Origin: Tubiluchus corallicola
Taxonomy: Eukaryota; Animalia; Priapulida
Direction of reading: 5' to 3'
DNA length: 64,000 bases
NCBI GenBank assembly: GCA_030141605.1
Contig: JAQGDQ010000194.1
Location: forward strand, 248,001 to 312,000
Positions 53,974-64,000 of this stretch are shown piece after piece. Each line of letters opens with the position of its first letter. Position 1 is the first letter of the stretch. Under the pieces are notes generated by a model. It saw only the letters and a program-made list of their open reading frames with translations, had not been told where the DNA came from and ran no database searches. The position numbers and the translations under genes were made by a program.

Positions 53974-54141
53974 CTCCAAATTCTGGTTCTACACAAATCA
54001 TGTTTCCTCTGCAAGCTTTTAGGCCAGAGCAACAAATCTTATAATCCTTTTCACAGTCAGATGACGAAGTGCAGGCCAAGTGCCGTGGACAGTTTTCCAA
54101 CAGCACTAATGACGGATCTAAATCTGGACATCGTCCTTCGG
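53974..54141 (-). CDS. Exon 4: WAP domain
   Basis: tttgttgcAG / GTAACT, 168 nt, phase 1-1; EGRCP...NCPRHLACTSSSDCEKDYKICCSGLKACRGNMICVEP (8 Cys). Confidence 0.9.
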
Positions 54142-54407
54142 CTGCAACAAAAAGTGTTTTTATTTCATATTAGCATTAAAAGGTTTTGATCTAAATTTTA
54201 AAGATGAACCATATGTTCTCAGCTTTACTTAAATTTTGAACAAATGTAATAGAACAAAAGAAATGAATAAATAAAAACTATGGAAAGGTAGCTTGGGTAA
54301 TACCTAATAGTAAAATTACAGCTCTAGTGAAATCTCGCTTTGAATGAGCATTTGAAATACTTATAACAGCTTACATGTGTAGTATGTAACTTACAGTGCC
54401 ACACATA

Positions 54408-56514
54408 CCGTGTTTATTCGAGTATAATGCGTAAAATTTTCTACCTAAAAAAAACTCAAAAGTTTGTGTGCACGTTATACACGAGGGCTGGGGTGACACG
54501 CTTAGATGTATCAATGTATTATTTGTGCAATGACTCATTAGTCGAAGATATCGCTGACCACAATCACAGAACATTGAATGTAGCCACATCTCTTGCCCCA
54601 CAAATCGCCAATGGTCTATTTTTAGTAACAGTATCCAAAGCACTTGCGTGGACGATCTAAAATAAATATTTCTCAATGGCTCATGTGCAACACTCACTGC
54701 AGAGGTGAGGCGTAGCTAAGGAAATAATCAATAATATTTGCGTCATTAGCAGACTTTGTCAGACGGTGCAATTTCCAAGAATTCTTATTATCCGCTGTGA
54801 TGTATTGCTTGTTGATTGTATATATATTGTTTATGTATTAGCAGTTGATTGTTTCCTCGCCTCGCCTCGCCCACACTGCAACATGAGTCTAAGCATTGCA
54901 TGTTTTGCACAATTACCAATAAGGTTTCAATTCAGTGTTCTTTACATTTTTATTTACTGGTATATACCCGGTAGATGGCAACTTGGGGTATCAAGAAAAA
55001 AACGTTCTGCATATGACGCTTCATTCAAGCTCAAAGTTGTTGATCATGCTGAAATTCATGGAAATCGAGCAGATAGCCGAGAATTCACTGTACCAGAGAC
55101 GAATGTTAGAGACTGGAGAAAACAGAAAGTCGTCCTTAAAGATATGAATAAAACCAAAAAAGCACAACTAGGGAGTCAAGCCATGCACCCAGATATGGAG
55201 AAGGAACTTTGTGAATGGATCACTGATCAAAGAAATAGTGGGTACATCGTCACAATGCTCCACATTAGGCTTCAAGCTCCAAAGTTTTGCAAATATTCAA
55301 CCTTCCAAGCCTCTAATGGATGGACACAGAAGTTTATGAAGAGGCATGGACTTGCAATACGCCGGACAACAAAGATATCACAGAAGCTGCCAAGTTATTT
55401 AGAAGAGAAGATTACTTCAAACCATATAATCAAACCTTTATAATCAACCAACGCAAGCAGAATAACTTCCAAACTCGCACAGATAGGCAATATGGATAAG
55501 ACCCCATGTGTTTTGACCTACCAGGCAACAGGACAATTAATAGCAAAGGGAAGCACATAGTCCAGATTAAGACCACAGGCCATGAGAAGACTCATTTTAC
55601 GGTTCTATTACCCTGTATGGCAGACGGTTTTAAACTTACACACATGGTGATTTTTAAAAGAAAGACTATTCCAAAAGGAGAGAAATTCCCACCAGGTGTC
55701 GTGATCCACTGTCATCCTAAAGGATGGGTGGACGAGAAGGGCATCATTTTATGATTAAAAAAAAGTTTGGAATACTAGACCAGGCAGAAATCCATGAAGA
55801 AATCCATGCTTGTATGGGACCAATTCTGCTCACACCTGACAGACACTGTTAAGGACAGGCTGAAAAGTCTAAAAACATCTCAAGCTGTGATTCCAGGTGG
55901 ACTAACCTCTATTCTTCAGCCACTGGATGTTGTTTTAAACAAAACCTTCAAAGACAGAGTCAGAGAGAAGTGGATTACCTGGATGAAATCCGACGACAAA
56001 GAATTGACAGCAGGAGGAAACCTCAAGAAACCTGGCCTATCTCTCGTGACATCCTGGATTAAAACATCATGGGAAGACATGCCAAAAGCAATGATCATCA
56101 AGAGATTTTTAAACACAGGCATCAGCAATAAAACGGATGGCACAGAAGACGACCTGCTGTGGGATTCAGACTCAGAAGAAAGTGAAAAAACTGAAGAAAC
56201 ATATGTTCCTGCCAACTGCTACACTGATGATAAATTGACTCAAGAAGAATGGGCACAACTCTTTGGCGTATCTGATGATGAATCAGACTTTGAAGGATTT
56301 TAAATAAATACTGTAAATTTTATTTCGGTATTGTGTTCATAGTTCACCTTACGTTGTCAATAAATGATTTTTATCATGGCCGCAAGTGTTCAACAAAGTT
56401 TACAATGCTTGGTCTGAGCCGAGAAAAAGTGAAACGAAATTTTATACCGATTTTTAATCGAAAATTAGGGGTACGCGTTATACACGGGTGCGAGGTATGC
56501 GCGAATAAATACGG
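54408..56514 (+). mobile_element. pogo-family (Tc1/mariner superfamily) DNA transposon with disrupted transposase
   Basis: TA|CCGTGTTTATTCG ... CGAATAAATACGG|TA TIRs; Brinker-like DBD (RSAYDASFKLKVV), CENP-B HTH (FQASNGW..FMKRH), DDE_1 (NMD, LVWDQF..H, LQPLDV) split over three ORFs. Confidence 0.93.
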
Positions 56515-57239
56515 TAAGCAGGCAGGGTCTGTTATATTAATTCTTTTGTTTTCTGGCAATATATGTGGACTGATGCATATCTGAATGGATATCTGTCATA
56601 GACACCACAGCAATAGCACAAGATATCACGAATAACAGCAGCCAGAAAAACTACTTTCACTGCAAAATGTGATGTTTGTTACATATCTCATGGCAAAGGG
56701 CGACATGCTACATACCAATAACAACTGTGCAAATTTTTGCGTCATCAATTCTTTATAACTAATAATCACGCTGCAGTTTAGACACGTGACTTTGCATCTG
56801 ACAAACAACTTTGATGTACATATGAGCTCAGTAAATGTGAATTATTTTAGCTTACTTTTTTCTTACAATGCCTCAACATTAACCGACTCTGATGAAAATT
56901 TAACAGTTATAAATTTAACAATTATAAAGTTAAAAATATGTAGTTTCAATTTTTATTAAAAATTGGTACATATTCATCATGCTAAGATTGAGCAAAAGAT
57001 GTGGGGTGATGGTTCACTGTTTTTATACAGCTAGCGTTAATAAATTCAAATGCTGCACGCCTAACAAATTTTCTGCAGCACCAAGAATGACAAGTAAAGT
57101 TTGACTGTAAATTCATTTTCAAACAGCTAGCAAAGATGAAGTACAGAATAGTAAATGACATAGTAATGCAGACAATATGCAATAACTGAGTAAGTTGTTA
57201 AACTCCTTTGGTCCGCACAATTCAAAATAAGAAGTCTTA

Positions 57240-57690
57240 TTATAAGACCCATGACTTTTCTGCTACTGTATGAGCACAGACATAACTAAATGGTTACAAA
57301 ATAGTAGTACTCTATTAAGGAGACTCTCAGCTATTTAATCATGATATTTGCTTAAACATTTAGAAGTAATTTAATTGGATAAATTAAAAAAGCCCCCTCA
57401 TCAGGCACTCGAACTCAGACTATTGAGTAGCTTAAGGCCCTTTTATTATAAGACCAATGACTTCTGCTACTATATGAGCACAGACATAACAATATGGTTA
57501 GAAAATAGCAGTGTTCTATCAAAGAGCATGGCTATCCAATTAAGCTATTTGTATAAGCATTTAGAAGTAATTTATTTGGATAAAATTAAGAAAAACACCC
57601 TCATCAGGCACCTAACTTAGCCTATTGAGTAGCTTAGTCTGGGTACACTTGCGTGATTATACACACTAATTTATTGATTGCCTGTTTGCT
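57240..57690 (+). repeat. Tandem ~205-bp duplication of a dispersed repeat also present at ~50628-50850
   Basis: tataagacc.atgactt.tctgctact..atgagcacagacataac at 57241 and ~57447; similar sequence at 50628. Confidence 0.8.
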
Positions 57691-58428
57691 ACAGCCCGAG
57701 CTGTGCAGTGTTATCCTGCTCTTCCAGGAAAAACCAATTGATCAGCCATGGACAAATTAAGGTCATTTTATTTTTTAGGAGGAATTTCTCTTTAAAATAG
57801 AGTAGACTTGAGACCAGTGTATCAGAGTACATTGTCTGCATCGCCGAAATTTTCAACATTAGCCGATTGCACACTAGTGATACAATACTTTGTTACAGTG
57901 CAAAAACTGCAGTTGCTGCAAGCTTTTTTCATCAAGAATCAATTTCTATTTAGTCTAAGGTAAGCAAATGCATTTCATATATAATTTTGCATGAATATCC
58001 ATATATGTGAGGAGTAGAAATCTACAAAAGTTATCAAGTACGACACAATCATTGCTTAGTGACAGCTTTTCATGAACCCATGTAAATGCAGCAAACACTT
58101 ATGGTCCTGAAAGAATAAAACAAATTATGATCCGACAGTTGCAGCGAGTTGATTTTACTGTCAGGTGTGAATGCCTTGGCCAATTACTCTTGACACTTCT
58201 TGCAACAAATAAAGAATTGTCAGCTCGCACATATTGTCAGAGAGTAACCCGCAGAAGTTCTGCTCTTTAGTCTGACTACCATGCGAGTTACCTGGCAAGA
58301 AGACTCCCTAGTCTATGTGCAAAACTAAAAGCCCAAATTTGATGTCAATTGGAGGAATGGATAGAAATAGATAACTTTAAACTATTAACATCGTAAAAAT
58401 GCACCAAAATTACATCACAAATCCTTAC

Positions 58429-58522
58429 CTAGTTTTCGGCATTGCACAAGCTCTGGACAATAACCTTGCACACAAATCACATCAGAAGTTGTACATATCA
58501 GTCGATGAGGACACTTCACCCC
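58429..58522 (-). CDS. Exon 3: small Cys-rich (follistatin-N-like) unit
   Basis: tacactAG / GTAAGG, 94 nt, phase 0-1; GVKCPHRLICTTSDVICVQGYCPELVQCRKL. Confidence 0.85.
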
Positions 58523-58904
58523 CTAGTGTAAATGAACAGAAAACTAGAAAGTAAGTAATGACATTTGAGACTTTGTTAGGAAAAGGCTTGCATGATGATG
58601 AAAAAGTAAATTATGCTACAAGTAAAAGCAAGAAGTAGCATGAGCTGTCAGTCAGTTTCAACTCTGACAGAGCCTAAGTGTATAATAACTAAGAAAACTG
58701 AATGTCAGTATCCAATCACATTTTACAGTTTCTAAAATTAACTTGTCATCTTCTACAACGAGACGATCGACACAGCAGTGCTATGACATCAAGTGAGAAA
58801 ACAATGTTTTTTATTAAAACAAAAACATTCACTATGCCCTGACTTTTCAGTTTTTCTTATCAATTCTGTGCTAATTTTTCAATCATACAAAAGATACTGA
58901 TTCC

Positions 58905-59094
58905 TTCATTTTTTTTCCATGGTTAGATGTAGAATGCTAATTAAAACCTGTGCCAAAATATTTATTGGGTTCCCTGGTAAAGATCAATCATTATTAAATT
59001 CTTTCATTCTTTTCCATGGTTAGATGTAGAATGCTAATTAAACCTGTGCCAAAATATTTATTGGGTTCCCTGGTAAAGATCAATCATTATTAAA
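58905..59094. repeat. Tandem duplication, ~95-bp unit x2
   Basis: ttccatggttagatgtagaatgctaatt...aatcattattaaat twice, near identical. Confidence 0.95.
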
Positions 59095-59370
59095 TACTAA
59101 TGTCGATGTCATTACATGAAATAATCTCTTAAGAACGGCTAAAGATTTAGGACCTTATTAGCATTATTATAAACATGAATGAGAAGAAATACAATGAATT
59201 CCATACATTACTAGACACATATATGCACAAAAAATTTCATACAGTTTTACACTGTAAGCTTATAGGTCGATTTGCTATGGAAAAAATATTAAATTTACTG
59301 AAAAAAGCATATTAGCATGCACAAATGTATCACCAGTTCGTAAAAATGTGCATATGAACTATGTTACTTA

Positions 59371-59925
59371 CCGTATATACTCGCATATAAGCCTACATCG
59401 CATATAAGCCGACCCCCTAAAACTGCTTTAAAATGGCCAGTTTTTGCAAAAACCCGTATGTAAGCCGACAATCAACTTGTCTAATTTTACTCCATACCCA
59501 ATCAACAAAATTGATCCCTTTTTGTCACATTTTGTTAATTGGGTATCACTTTTAGCTTGAAGTCAGCAGTATAGGACATACGTTTTCTTTTTTCTCCAGG
59601 CATGGTGTATTGCACAAATAATTTTACAACTAAAATTATCAAAATTCAGCACACTTTTAAATTCTGTGGCCGCGTGCTCACGTTTGCCTCATTGGTTTGC
59701 TGTTCCTCTATAAGCCACGTCTCCCCAAGCGCTGCCTACCAATTGGCTGATGACGTGGGCTTCACCACTAGCTGTAGCTTGGTTACGGCTCGCAACTGGT
59801 GACACACAGTGGTGTATTGCTAAATAAAAAGTGTTCATTTTGTTTCATGCGCATATAAGCCGACCCCCTGATTTCAGTATTGTATTTTATAGTTCTAAAT
59901 TCGGCTTATATGCGAGTATATACGG
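59371..59925. mobile_element. pogo-type MITE, 555 bp
   Basis: TA|CCGTATATACTCGCATATAAGCC ... GGCTTATATGCGAGTATATACGG|TA; internal TATAAGCCGAC repeats. Confidence 0.93.
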
Positions 59926-59984
59926 TATCTTTCTTATCTACAAAACTAACAAGGAGCAAAAATAGGTAGAAATGTCAAATCTAG

Positions 59985-60046
59985 TCTAGATTTGAACCAA
60001 GAAGTTCTAGGTTACAAAGCCATAACCCACTAGACCACACAACCGC
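59985..60046 (-). mobile_element. tRNA-derived SINE head
   Basis: Minus-strand A-box TGGTCTAGTGG and B-box GGTTCAAATC. Confidence 0.5.
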
Positions 60047-60667
60047 CAGTGCACATGACAGGTTTTAAAGACAAGCCTTAATACCAGAAAAGTCTATGCA
60101 ATTTTCCAAAGGGTAGATTGTCATAAAATTGACCACCCTGAAAGGGCATTGTGGTTTTGTTCTGCCTGATGTTTCTTAAGTTAGTTTTAGCATAAAATTC
60201 CATTTTCAAATCGAACCCACAATTTTCTGACAAAAATTTTCTGCAGATCAAGGAAGGCTTACTAGCCAAATCATTAACATACATGCCATAGCGATTTTTT
60301 TCATTCATTTTTGCTTTTCAAACAAACCCATACTATTGTTTGCTTTTGGTTTTAGCCAGTCTGAAAAATTATAAAACAATTTTCTGATTTCATAATTCGT
60401 TCTGAGCATTTAGAGCTAGCAAAGACAGGACTGAGCAGGTACAAAAAACAATTTTTTTTTCAAAATTTATTCCTTAGTGCAGAAATAATTCAAATAACTA
60501 ACTAGAAAGAAGTACTATAATAACAGGCATTCGAAAGACTATTGAGAAATGTAATATCTTTCCCGTTTGGTGCAATCAAGTTCACTCAAAGATTTCAGTG
60601 ATAGTCTAACGATTTTTCAAAATGTTAAAACTCCAAGTGATACAAGCTACTTATGTAAATACAATAC

Positions 60668-60783
60668 CTCACAAGGAGACCATTTGCATTTACATGTCGG
60701 GCATCCAGTCACGGGATCGGTTATAAAACCATGCCTACACAATTGCCCACAATCGTCCGGATTAAAATTACACGTAGATTTTG
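60668..60783 (-). CDS. Exon 2: antistasin-like domain
   Basis: ttttcacAG / GTATTG, 116 nt, phase 1-0; CNFNPDDCGQLCRHGFITDPVTGCPTCKCKWSPCE. Confidence 0.9.
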
Positions 60784-62333
60784 CTGTGAAAATTAAAATT
60801 CAAACTTACTTAAATCTGCAATAATTATATATTAAAGAATTTGCTAATCACTGGCACAGCCTATGACTAGTAGTTGACTCATGTTTACATTAACTGCGAG
60901 GACTGCTAATATCAGTTAAACAAATGCAGTAACACTCAATGGGTCAGTTTAATCAACAAATTTAACAATTCACTCTGAATCTAGCAAGTAATTTGTTAAA
61001 ACAGAAGTCAGAGGAACTTGCGTGCAATAAACTATTATTAGCGAAAACCAAACATAGAAACATAAAAAAATCTTGCAAATATACAAAAAAGCCTACTTAC
61101 ACAATAAGTTTGGTAAACTTACCAGATACATAATACAAAAAATGGTTTAAAAAATTGCAATCAAAATGACCATAGCAGCTTTTAGCAGAAATTTATAAAA
61201 TTTATTAAATAACACCTACACTTATTATAATATATATCTGTTTTAGGTAAGCCAACTCTCAGTTCTCATGCTTGTATTATCTAATATTTTTTATTGAATA
61301 AATTGATTTCAAAGCAACAAATGAAATGACAGACACTAACAGAGATAATTTGGTCTGTAGTCACCCCAAGAATGTGATCTACACAGCTTGACTACTCTCG
61401 TGTCTCTAATAACCGTACATATATGGTATTTTTAAGGGAAAAAAGCAAAGCCTATACAGCCTTATATGGGTCTGTACATTTATTAACTCAGTTTATTTAA
61501 CACATGCCCACAAGTTTAAATCTAAATTGAAACATCTGAACGTGTCAGTCATAGCAAAGCTTAATGTTTATTTTAAAACGTAAAAGCTAAATAATAATAG
61601 AACTACCGCTGCACAGTCAAATTTATTTACAGCATTTCTGCATGCTTTAAGCCTTTATATTTTGGCTGAGCTGCTTAAAAAGGCAGCTTAGTTTTTAAAC
61701 TGGTTGGCAGTTGAGTTTGCATCAACACTATTTTACGGGCGAAAAGAACATGCTAACTTAGACCTATGCAACAAATAATCAGATTTACGAAATTCCTATA
61801 TGTTAAAAACAACTGCAAAAATCCTCAACAGTACAGCTTTAAGTCCCCTTTTTCACCCATTGAAAAATCATGTTTATTATGTTAGACTTAATAGTTATAA
61901 CATAATGCACTTATGGTTAGAAACTAATTGCACATTCTCTTTAAGAAATTTGCTCTTTGATTGAAAAGATGATCACAGACATAATGTATAATGTACAAAT
62001 TCAATTTGATACTAACTAGTAGCATTTGCGTCAACTGCAACCCTATAATACTATCCAACTCTATACTTTTGTCAATATTTTCATCAAACTGGCATCCTAG
62101 ACATTTATTCCATATTACAGGCCTACTATTATTGTCGGGACCAAAATTTCCAGCTTTCTGTTATTCCAGCCTATACAATTTGGAATGTGAGCGTAATCAC
62201 ACTAAAATACAAGCCAAACTAGCATTCCTTGACCTTAGAAAAATAGCTGAACTAACAGCCTGATTTTCTGGATATGATTTGCTACAAAAGAAGGCAAAAC
62301 GGTTTTACTAGCTACTGCTTCATAAGCTCGAAC

Positions 62334-62576
62334 CTGTATCACAGTTGAAAGTTGACTCAAACTTGTTTCTGTCTTGTGGATGTCCCAAAAATTTTTTCGT
62401 GGTTTCTGGAATTACAAATCCCTGAGAATCAACGCACCATGCAGAGCTGCCATAATGTACCCCATCCATTTGCAATGGTGCATATTCACCAGAAAGCAAA
62501 CATTTGGGTCGATAATGTAAACTACGTCCGAAATTATCATCCCGATGGTCACTATTTAATCGAGCAATCAGGCAGG
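62334..62576 (-). CDS. Exon 1 in window: thyroglobulin type-1 domain (4-Cys form)
   Basis: gtattttAG / GTTCGA, 243 nt, phase 1-1; CL...YRPKCLLSGEYAPLQMDGVHYGSSAWCVDSQGFVIPET...FNC. Confidence 0.9.
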
Positions 62577-64000
62577 CTAAAATACAAAATATAAGCATCA
62601 TATAAAGGCAGATAATTGTTAGAATTTTTAGCAAGAAACTATGTTATTTCATTTTCCAGTAAAGTAACTGACTCACAAATGTGAAGAATGCCTGTGAAGA
62701 TCATCTGTTAAATCATTCATACATGAAGTTATATGACATACAATGTTAAGCATACTGTCAAAGGCTGGGCAAACAGCTAAGTGCTGTACACTAATTCTAA
62801 CGGGATGAGCGTAGAAAAGATCTATATACCAAAGGTCTGTGAAACATAGAATAAATTCTAGATGTTTCCAGTTCCAATTATATGACTGCATTCACAAAAA
62901 TAATTGATTCTTTTTTATAAAGACTTTAGCCAAGCTTTAGAGGTTACACCACAAAAGTCATTATGGCAGTGGATGAGGATTCACCTAATTTTGCCACTAG
63001 GCACCGTACAGAAATAATGTACCCTTGCATAATGATTTTCCATAATGTACAGTTTGCATCGGTGCCCAGATGTCTTTGGCCCAAGTGATCCAGCAACCAA
63101 GTGCACCTAAACAGCAGCACCCAATTACATGCCCCTAAACGTGATAACAGTACAGATACAAGAACCCAGTTCATGCAAAGTACTTAAAAGATAAACCAAC
63201 TCTTGAAAAACAGTTGTTGCTTTTTAATATGAAATTAAAATTTTTGAAGTAACCACACATATAAACGCCCATAAAATGTCTTGCTAAAAAATGTAGAAGG
63301 AATTTAAATATTTCTTATCTCCAGCCAAAATGAACATCACTGCTGGCATATTTGAAAAAAAATGACGTAAGCTTGCCGGGCAGCATGAATGCCATGAAAG
63401 CAAACTGTGAGGGTAGTGTTACAAAATTTCTACAGTTCACTAAGAAGTTACATAATCCTCCTGCTGTGTTTAATGGTGTTTACATAAATTTAGTCATAGG
63501 ATCAATTATGCCCAAATTTAACGTGTTCAGATGCCATTAATCTGCAGGATTACACCATAAGATGAATAATTAATGTAAATTAATTGTGTAAAAAATTAAT
63601 TTACAGATTTCTGTAAATGTGCATGCCAACTTGAAAGCATATAGTAGGTACCAGACAAGGTAATTAGTTTGGAAAGATCACAATAAGTCGAAAAAACGTT
63701 GCTGAAGCACCTGGCAGAATAAGTGCTTATTTTGCAGGGTAACCGGTTGATGCCATGTTTTGCTCACGATAAGCACCAAACGTGAACTGATCGCATTTTA
63801 AATTGATTTTACTATATACACAAGGTGCTTACCACAATTTCATTGTTGAAACTTCCTAGCCTAGCACTCTCAAATATTAAAATACAAGCTCAATAGTAAA
63901 ATACTACCCAACAGCTTTGGCTTTAATTAATCAGATTATAAACGTTTTTGTCAAAAAATGTCATAATATTTTTTGACTTTTTCACACATTTGTCAAAATT

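Noticed and set aside
62944-63185. Cys/Trp-containing ORF upstream of the first TY exon as a candidate exon
   Set aside because: No domain-like cysteine spacing and no convincing donor

Overview
AT-rich, repeat-rich animal (probably invertebrate) genomic DNA; most ORFs in the supplied track are spurious or pseudogene fragments. Two main contents. (1) A minus-strand host gene: 14 hand-assembled, in-frame GT-AG exons (62576->12088, 2298 nt, ~766 codons; 5' end lies beyond the window) encode a cysteine-rich multidomain protease-inhibitor-like protein made of a duplicated 7-exon module: TY-antistasin-Cys-rich-WAP-lustrin-KazalA-WAP, then TY-antistasin-Cys-rich-KazalB-lustrin-KazalA-KazalB. (2) An 11,036-bp Polinton/Maverick-like endogenous element (22721-33756; AGTAG termini, 84-bp TIRs, 6-bp TSD AGCTAC) inside one intron. 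It keeps a decayed packaging-ATPase cassette but I find no recognisable pPolB, integrase, capsid or protease. It carries a two-repeat TATA-binding-protein homologue, a PC4-like ORF, a nuclease-like ORF and intron-containing novel ORFs. The rest is decayed LINEs, a pogo transposon, MITEs, Bel/Pao and Gypsy gag remnants, tRNA-derived SINEs and tandem duplications. All calls are by-eye motif recognition; no database searches were run.
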